From: Tubiluchus corallicola
Lineage: Eukaryota; Animalia; Priapulida
Assembly: GCA_030141605.1 (NCBI GenBank)
Contig: JAQGDQ010000069.1
Location: forward strand, 129,126-193,125
Length of the DNA stretch: 64,000 nt
Reading direction: 5' to 3'
The position numbers and the translations under genes were made by a program. The notes beneath the pieces are model-generated. The model worked only from the letters and a program-made list of their open reading frames with translations. It was not told where the DNA came from and did no database searches. This document shows, piece after piece, positions 40,925-52,200 of the stretch (position 1 is the stretch's first letter; each line of letters begins with the position of its first letter).

Positions 40925-43845
40925 CAACTGAACCTCGTTATACCGCCCCCGTTATAAAGCCGGCCTCGCCATTACGCCAACTTTTGCCTTGTCCGGAGTT
41001 TCCTAATATATTAAATATATGACTTGGATAAAATTTTAGACTCGTACAGTAAATGGTTGATGACACTTAAATCCAGTAAATGTGCTTTACTTAGAATACG
41101 GCCTAAATCTATTACACCCTTATTTTCCAAATAATGATCAAATTTCATAGCTGCAAAATTTGTATCAGAAACTGGGGAGTAATGATTTCTAATGACCTCA
41201 AATAGAATTCCCATGTGAATCAGATCATTACTAAAGCAAACCATCCTATTGGCATGATTAAGTGGTGTGTGATATCGAGAAATGCAGCAGTAATTATTCC
41301 TCTCTATAAAGCTGTTGTTCGATGAGTCTAAGTTATTTGTGCAACCAGCTAGAACCAACATCAGATCAAACTTCTTTGGGCATCGTGTAGTTCATCCATG
41401 GAATTATCTTTCATCATCAACCATCAGTGCTTTATTAGTTGTCAGTTTCAAAAGGCATATGAGAGAGGGCCGTTTATAGATAGTTACCATCTAGGTGCTT
41501 ATTTCTTTGGATAAGGTATACAGAATAACGCCAACCTCGCCTACTGCCATCCGCCAACGTATCTGCTGTGCCAAAAGTCTATTGTACATAATAAATCTAC
41601 TCCGTTATAACGCCAGCCCAGATAAAATACAATGAATTGCTGAGAACAATCACTTGTAAAACAATGGCCTCTGAACAGAAAAACAATTATGGTGTTTAAA
41701 TTAAGATTTACGTCTTATTGCAAGTGAATGTATGAAAATGAATCCTGAGGTTTTGAGAGCAAGAAGCAAGCAATAATTAAGAGTTGTCTAGCTATTGTTC
41801 AGTACTGAACTAGTGTGAGTTTAACAGCTGTTAATTTTTTTGACTCAATGTCAAGTTATCTGTGGCGCTATTTATAGTCTTAATTATCCAGAAATATTAA
41901 CCACAGGGCTGCATATTTCTCTTAGCAGTAGACTAACCAGAATTTCACAAGACTGTTTCTCCAATCCAAGTTGTGTTACGTAAGTTTTACAATGTACCAC
42001 TGTAGAACTACACTTGCATTGTTAATGCAGCAAAAATATATAGTATATAACTCGTATTGTTGTAGGTATCAAAATATTATACTATTCATCACATATTAAA
42101 ATTAACTAAGAAAACAAAATAGAGGCTACGCAGCAGAATGGCTTTGATATTTAAAGGTCCTATGACACTATTTTTTGTGTTATTTTCTTTTGAAGCGTAG
42201 GCGGAATTACATATTTTCTAATTTCTAAAACACTTTTGATACATGCTTTTATGTGATATGGTAACTTAAATTAAGCGCCGTTGGCACTGTCACAAATATT
42301 ATCGCCCGCCATGACACGCAGTGCTGTGACGGAAGTGGCAATTAACAGCCGCAGTATAGTAGACAGCCAGTGGCCTCAGCAAACAGAACACTGTGAACTG
42401 AACAGAATGATTATTGCTGAGTAATGATTTATCTATTTTATTGTTAAGGAAACAATTTGGTAATGTGCATTTTGTTACGCGGTGGTGCCATAATTAATGT
42501 TTTTTTAAACTTAGCAGAAAGTGGCAGTATCTTAGGGAAGTGCTGCCATCTTTTGGTAGTTTGCCTGTAAAAATAATTAACTGTACTATCTATTTACATG
42601 CCATTTACTGGGTTTCAACTAGAGTTAATGAGGTGTAACAGGAGTCCTGGCTATTGTAAGTTGGGCAGTAGTAGTTTAGGTTTCATAGTCTGCTGGTAAA
42701 AAGTTCAGATTGCAAATTTCATAATGTAGTTTGTTAAGGTATGTTTTGCTTCAAATTATATATTGTGGTTTTTTGATTTACCTAAACTGAGGTTTATATA
42801 TATAATAATCTTTATTTGCCATAAAAAATCGATATATTCATAACTATAAAAGCAATTACGTTATTATTTCAAACTGCAATTTATATTGAACCCCCCTCTC
42901 CACCGCCTTTACTTCTTTTTTTTGAGCGCAGTAATAAAGGAAATCAACCTGTACCAAAGTGTTCATCATTTTTTATTGAGGTTATGGGTTACAACATGCA
43001 GACAGACAAATTGGACAAAACATCTATAAATAAAAACGTTCCTTACTATAGTATTTATCTATTTATAGCAAATAAACTTATAAGAACCAATTTTTATTTT
43101 ACAAACCTGCAAGGAACAGCAAATTTATAGTAACAAACACAGTTAGCAGAGTACTATTATGTTAGGCTGTGTGAACAATAGGTGTGCCGAGTACTCCTGC
43201 GAATTAGATCAAGCTGCAAGTAATCTGGTAGCTACTATTTTGGGTTAGATGCACAGTAATTAAGGTAATAATTAATCTTTGTAACTAAATTTCGTAAAAA
43301 CTGTATTTAGTCAAGGTTAGCAGTAAAGCATTTTAATGGAAATTCCCGATTTTAATAAAAACCTCCCTCTTTCACATTTTGAAATACTTCTCCTGATTTT
43401 TTACACATCACTTCAACATAAAAATGGCACAAAACGCGACCGCAGTGAGGACAAAACATCCTTTCCTTTTGCCACAAAAAGTAACGGCCATCTATCCTAC
43501 TAGGCATGGTAAAAAATGAAGCTTGGGCAGTTACACGTTGAATAAAGTTACACGTTTGACTGCATCAAACTTATATGCACGCCGATCAGCAGTAAAACTG
43601 TAGACTATGAGAATAATTTTTACTTTAATATCTAAAGCTTTTTTCTCTGAAACCTCATTTGCACATTCAAAAAAATGCCACGAAGGTTTTCCCGAGTGTC
43701 TAAAAATGTAGAAAGCACTATTTTAATGGTTTAAAAAATTGTCTGAAAGGCATTTCTTCTTGGTTTTCTGTTTTCTAACCCTAACCCCGCTATTACGCCA
43801 TATTTAGTGGTGTCCCAGACCTGGCGTTATAACGAGGTTTACGTG
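40925..43845. mobile_element. Old Tigger/pogo-like DNA transposon shell (about 2.9 kb) with nested material
   Basis: Inverted repeat AACCTCGTTATACCGCC (40931-40947) / GGCGTTATAACGAGGTT (43823-43839), 16/17 match, with reiterated subterminal (G)TTATAACGCC and ATTACGCC motifs. No clean TA TSD and no readable transposase. Confidence 0.55.
41165..41500 (+). mobile_element. CR1-type LINE ORF2 C-terminal fragment
   Basis: With small frameshifts the plus strand reads LGVMISNDLK*NSHVNQIITKANHPIGMIKWCVISRNAAVIIPLYKAVVR, matching the CR1 pattern LGVxIxxDLKWxxH...KANRxLGxIKR...LYKxLVRP. Confidence 0.7.
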
Positions 43846-44589
43846 GATTACGTTTTACGGCAACGTGCAATAACATGTTGCGGCGTCATCTGTGGCAGGT
43901 TCAGATATTCTATATAAACAGTTCGCTTCACTTTATGTATTTTTGTGTTGCAGGCCTAATCTTTCTTTACATTTTTTTGTATGAAAGGTAAAAATTACAT
44001 TACGCATGTAAAAAAATTGTCATCGAGACTAAACAATCCTGCTGCATAGCTGCAATCTATGGCAAAATGAGTTATAGAAGTTAAGCAAGACCATTCTGAA
44101 CCTGTTAGTAATAGGAGGTCAATTAAAAGGAAGCTGCAGCAGATAAAGCAAATGAAATTCAAAAACAGGAACAGAATAAAATGCGAGATTGCCAAGTTGT
44201 GGCTAAGTGGATAAGGCACCCGTGCTTCGCATGAATGACATGGTAAGGGCTATGATATAGAAACATTGCTAAGATGCTGGTTCGCGCCTCTTCTTAGAAG
44301 AATATCACAGATGATAAATCAGGTACCAGTCGTGCCGCCATAAACATGTCCTTCAGTAAGTCGTGCCTTTATATGCTTTCTGACTAGGAAAACAGAAGAG
44401 AACAGAATCCAAATATAATTAAGCGAAATGTGATACCCAAAACAAAACAGAGGTATTTTTATTATGTGAAAACAATAAGTTGTGCCAAAATTAGAGTATT
44501 CAAAGACTAATAATATCATTCTTCTTAATTCCATTTTATTTTTTATAATTTGATCAAGACAACATACTTATTGCTTATTCACCGTATAT

Positions 44590-45135
44590 TTGTTGCTGTT
44601 GGCATCTTTCTGTCTCGGAAGACAATGCAGTGTGCGCCAAGAGAGTCAGATATTGCTCATATTGATGGAGCTGCAGCGTCGACTGTGGCTGAGCAGTCCG
44701 ACCCTTGAACCACTGGTGTGGCCTCTCCAGGGCGCACGCCTGGGCAAGGTGCATGGAGATCCTGAGTTGCCCAGACAACAGGAACCCCCTCTCTTCCTCT
44801 CTGGTGTAGTCCAAAGGAAAGCGGAGCGATACGTTTGGCACCAGGTTGGCTGCAGGAGCTGCCAGAGTCAGTGAGCATGCTGCACTGGTCCGCCTTTGGG
44901 GCTCCACTCCTGATTTGGAAGGTTTACTCCTCTACACTTGACCTCCTCCGACCTCTAGCCATTGGCTGCTTGTGCAGCTCCTCCGCCCAGTGTCGAGATA
45001 GTGTGGGCATCCCGCAAGCCTACAGCACCTGGTATTCCTAGGCGGTCACCCATCCAAGTACTAACCAGGCTCTGTGTTGCTTAACTTTGGTGATAAGACG
45101 AGAATCGGTGTTTTCAACGTGATATGGCCGTAGGC
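44590..45135 (-). mobile_element. 5S rRNA-headed SINE (SINE3 type): complete 5S head, GC-rich body of about 425 nt, (CAA)-type tail
   Basis: The 5S sequence runs directly into a GC-rich body with no T4 terminator. The body ends CATTGTCTTCCGAGACAGAAAGATGCCAACAGCAACAA, which from memory resembles RTE-clade LINE 3' ends. No clear TSD. Confidence 0.75.
45016..45135 (-). rRNA. Full-length 120-nt 5S rRNA-derived sequence, probably the SINE head rather than a functional 5S gene
   Basis: Minus strand: GCCTACGGCCATATCACGTTGAAAACACCG...AGTTAAGC...GGTTAGTACTTGGATGGGTGACCGCCTAGGAATACCAGGTGCTGTAGGCTT. The terminal helix pairs and the A and C boxes are recognisable. Several substitutions fall at expected CpG positions, and there is no oligo-T after the 3' end. 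Confidence 0.85.
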
Positions 45136-45290
45136 TATCTGATATCACAGCATGATATACATCGTACATAATTATTAACAAACATGACAAACGCATTGCT
45201 GTGAATTACAGGCAGTTAATTTTCCCATGGAAGAATAAGCACCTTGATAATGAATTAAACCAAGCTTACAGCATGACTGTTACTTACTAC

Positions 45291-45840
45291 CTGAATGTAA
45301 AGGTCAAGACAACATGTCCATCATCAACCTCCAAAGAATTTCAATCATACTTTCTGAATGGCGAAGTTTCAGGTTGCTGCAAATCAGCAAATTCTTTGAG
45401 TGACATTAAGTCTATTGTTAATCTATTGCTAAATTTAAGAAGCATTTCAAAGCCTTGACAGATCTGCCTCTTTCTTGACTTCACTTACTTGAATTTACTG
45501 TTTGAAAAATTAAGCAGCCTTTCAAGGAGCTTAGTTGTACTCCTGTCACTTGAAAAAGTGACTCCAGTCACTTGAACGAAACAGCAGCCTGCTACAGCTG
45601 GGTGAACTGGAGGTAGGAAATCTAGTAGAAGCAACATAATATCATATCATTGTTATGTGCATATATTTGAAAAAAAACGAGTGAAAATTTACCTGCAATG
45701 TGCTGCCATCTATTAGAAGTAGTGTAAACTGACGTGCCATATAAGCACAATGCAGTAAGTTATTGAGATGGCTATATCTAGCTTGACCTAAATACTTAAC
45801 ATCCTCACTAATAACAAGCTGTAGCACCATTAGTGCAATC
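45291..45840 (-). pseudogene. Relic of an unidentified spliced gene (two exon-like blocks)
   Basis: Block 45840-45693 (tcctgtag| ... |gtaaat) is open: IALMVLQLVISEDVKYLGQARYSHLNNLLHCAYMARQFTLLLIDGSTLQ. Block 45621-45291 (ctactag| ... |gtagta) reads FLPPVHPAVAGCCFVQVTG... with two stops in about 110 codons. The phases of the two blocks do not join. Confidence 0.5.
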
Positions 45841-46279
45841 CTACAGGAAAACATGAACACCAAACATTTACTTTAAATTCAAGGAATATCTTTAATTACA
45901 GACTGTATAAATGCGATTTAAGAGATCCTAAGTAACTGCCAAAATTAAAAATCACCGGAAAAACAATTTTGGAAAGGAAATAGCTCAAGCAAGTTTTACG
46001 AGGCAGGCTTATTAACATCCTAAAAACCACTGACATGGTAGCGACTAAATAATTGCTATTTCTTTTACTACAAATAAATCTTTTACTACAGGGTGAAGCA
46101 TGAGGGACTGTTTTCGTCACAGTGACATTTATTTCACAGTAATATCCAACAAATGAAGCCTACATTTTTACATTCTAAGTAGAGCCACTGTATTTCCTTT
46201 GCACTTTATATCACTGAATCATACACTTGTGTGGAAACTTCAACTTGTAGCTTTCCAGTGAAGGTTAATTATCGTGACA

Positions 46280-49200
46280 TTACGTTGAAGAAAGTTTGAT
46301 TTTCGGATTCCAGGTGGCACCACTGTCCTCAACAGTGAGCTTTGACAATGTTGCTATGCACTCCTGGAATGCCTCCAAAGTCTTTTTTCTCATTTGATCT
46401 AAATAAAACAATTCAAAGTAAGTCACAAAAGGTAGTTAATACTTTATAAAACATGGGATCTTAACTGTTCAAATTAGCTTTGGATTTTTTCAGCACTTTA
46501 GTTTATTTAATTGAACTCTAAGAGCAAAGAATCAAATATGAAAATGCTGCAGTACTTTGCATGGTTCATAGCCTGTTTCCAAAAATAGTTTTTGTTGTTT
46601 TATCGCAAAAAACTACATATAATTGGATAAATATGCTGTGTATAGAAACGTTCGGCCAGATGTCCCAGATGTACAGCAACCAGATAAGTACAGAATAAAC
46701 AATATTCTGCAAATATGTGAAAATAAAATATCAATTACAGCAGAAAACATAGAAAACCTAATAGATAACAAAAATAAATGTCAATATATATCTTAAATGC
46801 AAAAAATGTGGCAATTTTTTCAAGGTACCAGCACAATGCAACAGAGAACGCAGTGCTCAAAAATCTACTGTCAATAGTATTGAATGACATTGGCAAGACT
46901 GGTACCTAGCTCACTATCAGAGATAATCAGCTAAAGATGAAACAATAAACACAGAGAAGTATGTATACATTCTCCCCTAAGCAGAAAGAAAGTAGTCGAA
47001 AGCCACCTAGACGCAATTTTCCCGATTATTCACACATCCATTTACTAACTAGATCCAAGGCAGCCTAACTTTGTAGCTAACCATAAAGTGACCAATTATT
47101 ATTAGATATCCAGAGATACACCCTTATTCAGAAGAATTTTTCTCTCTGTTTTCCAGTGTATCATAAGCAATATTACGTGTCATCTTAAGCAATTGGCAGT
47201 AGAGTGTCTTACAATTGACAGGTATCAGCAATAAAATTAAAAGTGTGCGCATGTTCAGTACCTAAAGATTCATCCTCTTTTTGCTTGGCACTAGTAATGC
47301 TGTCTTTCATCGCAACAGTTGAAGTGTATGAATGCTTTACGGAATCTAGTGTTTCCAAAAACTGAAAATAAGTAGCACAAAATTAAATATTTGAGCAGGG
47401 AATTGAACACAAAAAAAACATTCAGCGTTTACAGCCTCGATTAATCGCAAAGGTTTTAATATCATTCTCCATACATTTTTTTGTTTGCGTTAATCTAACT
47501 GAGGACGTTTACTTTCAATCGCACATTCAACTACTATCAATCAAATTATAAAAAGGCCACAGTTATTTCCTAGAATTTGATATTAAAATCTATATCTGGA
47601 ATGTAGGAATGATCTTATTCAACAACAAATGCACATAATTGCATAATAACAGTAAGTTTAGTAACCCACAAAGTCAATGTAAATGTATTGTTAATGTTCA
47701 TAAGAAAGTATGGGCTTTGAGGTGATATTTTTTCTGTTATAATTTATTATAGACAATGTTACTCATATACATACATACATTTGTAGCTTACGCTGAAAGT
47801 AAACCCAAACGACAGCTAATTTAGATTACTTGTGTAAATAAATTTTCGCTGGGTCATGATGGCAAATTACAAAAATAGGTTTACGTCAATAAGCCACTTG
47901 GGGCTTTTGCCTCCACGTTTGCTGATAAGACTAAGGTTAATAGTTGATAAGGCTACGGGTGCAATAGCGGCCGTCATTACCATCTTACTTGTTATTTGTG
48001 TACATCGAAAATTTTCTTTTATAAATCCAAAAAAATATTAATTGCATGAAAACAGTGAATATGACAGGAGAGAAGTCATTGTCACGCTTAGCAAACTACC
48101 TGTGATATGTTAAGAAAAAATTCCGCCATCTAATGTAGCTATTTACATAATGCTATACATTTACTTACACCCGTAAAATTTGTCAGCATCTGATGGATGG
48201 TTGCCATAGTTTCACCAAGTGGGGAAATTGTGGGTGGCTCCCTGTCACACCATAGCAACAGCTCGGATTCGTAGGAAATGTTAAAGTTGAGTGCTAATTG
48301 CTTGAATTCAGATAAAACGAAGTTCAGCCTCCGGCTCACATTATCCATAATATCACCATCATAAACCTATAGAAAACGTAATATTTATCAGGTAATATCC
48401 ATAAGAAGTATTACTAAATCTTAAGAAAATATACTGAAATTTGGCTTTTTTTTAAGCACTACGAAAGTATAACGTTAGTATTAGCTGCTGTTTTCAAACA
48501 CAGAATTTTGATTAATTAAATTGTATGCATTTAACGTTGCTAAAAATGTCATTTTCGTGTCAACGGCAGCCATTTTGAATGCATCTATTTCATGGGATAC
48601 TGAGACTGTCTAGTGCCTTTCCAGGTTTGGACAACTTTGAAAGATGTAAAATCCATCCTGAAGTATAATAACTATATTAACAATGTGTTTATGTGTTTTG
48701 CAATAGCCAGCCAAAAGACTGCGAAATGAATTAAAGTATCATTTAGCAAACTTATTAAAGAAAATAAAGAGCATTGAACATGTATCTTAAAACTTTCCAC
48801 AGTTGTTCTGAAAAAATGTTACAATTTATGTTACAATTCAGATGCCAAGACACATTACAAAAACACAACTTTTGCAACATTTCAATTGCATAATGGCTCA
48901 TAATAGCAAAGACAAAACTGAAATGTGAAAATTAGCAAAGCTTGAAGCCTCCCTTCATGTGCCGATAGTCCTAAGGATATTCAGAACTATGAACCAAGTA
49001 AAACGAGTTAATAGGATGGGCTCTTAAATCAGAATAAACCCCACACTAAAACTAAAATCCAACAAGTTCATATCATTTTAAGTGTTTTTGAATAGTGCTT
49101 ATTTATATGAAATGAATCTTGTAAAGCAGACATTCAACTTCGACAATGTCGAGAGGCAAGTTCACATATGGTGCAGTTGTATCCTGCACCAATACATATA

Positions 49201-52200
49201 AACTTACACATCATACGATTTGCTTTCCGTGGTGAGTTTAGTACATGAGAGCTTTGGGTAAATATTTACTAATTTAGCAATCAATTTACAAGCCCAGTTT
49301 ACTAACCTTTATCTTAAACATGTTTCCATAGCAATGCTAGCGAATAACTTAGCATAAATTTGGACCAGGATTTGCAATTAAATAAACTGCTTGAACTAAT
49401 TGCATGAATAATTACTAAAACAAATATTTAAACATTGGCAATTATTCTTGGGCAAAAATAAATTTGAGGTGACATGTTTCAGAAAATCCCTGCCCCACAG
49501 TCACCAGATCTCATTTACAGTTATAATTACTGACATACTGATTTTCTACAAGTTTTTATTCAACACTTTTATTACCACAAAAATCAGCATTTCTAACAAA
49601 AAATAAATAAAAAATAAAAACTTTTCTGAACTACAAAACAATGATAATTGTAAGTGATTAGATAGTTCTAGATCATCAACTAATGTAAATAAAAAAAATC
49701 ACAGAGTTTATCATACATTCATTCCATTCCTTATTAAGCACGTAACTTAGTGGCAAACTGGATCATTTTATGAAACAGTGGTACTATAGATCAAATCAAA
49801 ACCATAAAAGTGCATGACAACTTGAGCAAAAAAAAAGATGGTTATAATTAAAAATTACAATCGTAAAAACTGGAAACAAAATCATAATTAAAGAACATTC
49901 ATGGTTATGATTTAAAAGCGGTTACAAATAAAAGGTTTTTTAGAGCATTTTAGTTAAATCTTTCCACATTTAACATTTAAGGTCCTCACACATTACCCAG
50001 TCATTATGTTCAGTCTTTCTTTAAGCTTTATTGTTAAACATGGATTGTCAACGTGGGTTTTCTAATCGTATTTTATATCAAATATGGAAGCACCTGACAT
50101 TTATAATAAGCTACGCACCTCAGCTGGCTGTAATGTATTAATATATTCGTATTCGCTCTTAATCCTCATATCTAATTCAGCTGACATCTGCCTCAGTTGA
50201 CTCAGATCAGGTGAGCTAAAGATAAACAAAGACTGATGATGAAATCACGCGCTTGTTAAAGCAAACTCGAGGCCAATAAGTACGAGTAAACACAGGTACA
50301 AAGAAAAAGCACGTTTATAGCGCTGAGTTTACGCAAACAAGTGCAATCATAGGCAGGTGTGTATAAGCACAAGGGATAGAGAACACACACCTAAAAAGTG
50401 CACGAACTTTCAATATCAGAATCATAAAATCCAAACAACATAGAAAGGTACAAAAACTTTATTCCCTTAAAAAATCACCTCACCATAATGCATTTTATTA
50501 TGTACATGTTTTAAGTGAGTGCCTGCCTAGAATAGATACATGTATTAAAAACATTACTTTATAAGCACTAAGTATCACATTGCTGTCCATGACAGCTGAT
50601 CTGCTTGTATTGGGTAGTAAGACAACACCATAACATTTGTACATTTTAACAAGGTGGTGAACTCACGTTTTTGACACATCACAAACAGAATAAAACATCT
50701 TTTGCAGTAAGCCAGACTTTTTCTAATTTAGTAAGATACCATAAACCAGAGATCTAATATTCACTACATGAGTGGTGAAAAAAGCTTGCAATCATTAATT
50801 AAATACCGTTATTAAATTTTTTTAGTTTAACACTAATCATGACTACTTTTGCCTTGGTAAATGATATTCACAAAACCCTGCTCAAAAATCCTGTTTGCCT
50901 GTTGCATTGCATTATAACAGCACATTTCCTAATGTACTAACTGACACCTTCCTCCCAGACGAAGCTAACCAATGAAAAAATCACACGTTTTTGACCTACA
51001 TCACAGTTTGCTTATTTCCGTTTCTTTAACCTCATCTGCAAATGTTTGCTCCTCAGTATGAAAGTATACTTAAACATTGGAACATTCTTACCATTCAAAA
51101 ATTAGAACAACAAAACAAATTAGGTACTTGCACCACTGCACAAAAGTACATAAAGTTACAACTCGAGGTCAGCAATTTGCAACATTTGTTTCCTGACCTT
51201 CATAAACACTGGTCATTATTCAGTACTCACACGATCAATGGGGAATGAGATGAAGGTGGTTTCTCCTTCTGTTTCCAATCTAGATATGCTGTGACATTAT
51301 GTGGTAACAATTCCAGTTTATTTGTAAACTGGGCTTCATTGCTGGCAGCAAGTTCATCAATAAGATCACGGGCACTGCTGTAACTGTGCGATGATGCATA
51401 ATCACTGTTTACAAAAAAACAAATAATTAAGTACAAATGAAATAACATTGATTTGAATAACACACTGAATCAAAAGAAGAATAAAAGTTAATAAAATGTA
51501 TCGATAACAGTTGCATAATAAGCTGATCCTCCTGATTAAAAAAATACATTGCTCAGCAACCAAATGCAGTTTTTTAATGCTCTAATTGCACTCTGAAAGG
51601 CAAATGCCATGAACGTCATTATAAAGTATGTTCTCTATAGAGTTATATTTTATTTATTATTTATTTTACGTTTATTTCAGTACATAAAAAGTACCATAGA
51701 ATAATAAACAAAGCATGGTAAAAAATCACAAAAATATTTCTACAAGACAAAATAAATATTTACATAAAGAACAGAGAATTAGTAAAACATGTAAAAAAGG
51801 GTTCGTAAGTGTATATTCCCAATGGGCAAACATATTCGAAGTTAAATTGATATTAGTATTAAGAATAAAACTGTATATGACTTCACTGCTTCAATTTAAA
51901 ACTCGGTAAGTGAAAAACTTCATCAATGCAGAACAGTAGGCCTAAGCCGTTTTTAATTTCCAAATAGTGCCAACATTAAAAGTGGATCCAAATGGTAGAA
52001 AAGAAAAAGCTGAACAATAAGATTTAAACAGAACAAGTTTGACATCAGCAGAGCAAAAACTAAAACTTCTGCAAAAAATATTGAATCTAATATAAAAAAG
52101 GCACAATTGATTTAGAATACCAGCATTGTTTTTACAATTATCATTAATTATGTGACAAAGATATTTTATTTCATGTTCAAGTTCAATCGATTCTCCCTGC

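Noticed and set aside
42152-42420. TTAAAGG start suggesting a Kolobok terminus with a GC-rich promoter-like interior
   Set aside because: No matching opposite terminus was found.
43775-43788. Telomere-like TAACCCTAACCC
   Set aside because: Only two units, inside a transposon subterminal region.
44575-45041. Four overlapping 68-110 aa ORFs
   Set aside because: Expected from the high GC content of the SINE body; no recognisable protein.
45016-45135. Functional stand-alone 5S rRNA gene
   Set aside because: It has no oligo-T terminator, is not in a tandem array, shows CpG-type substitutions and is fused to a retroposon-like body.
45822-45840. miR-29-like TAGCACCATT (miR-29 neighbours MKLN1 in human)
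   Set aside because: Only the 5' 10 nt match, no precursor hairpin is evident, and it lies antisense within the gene relic.
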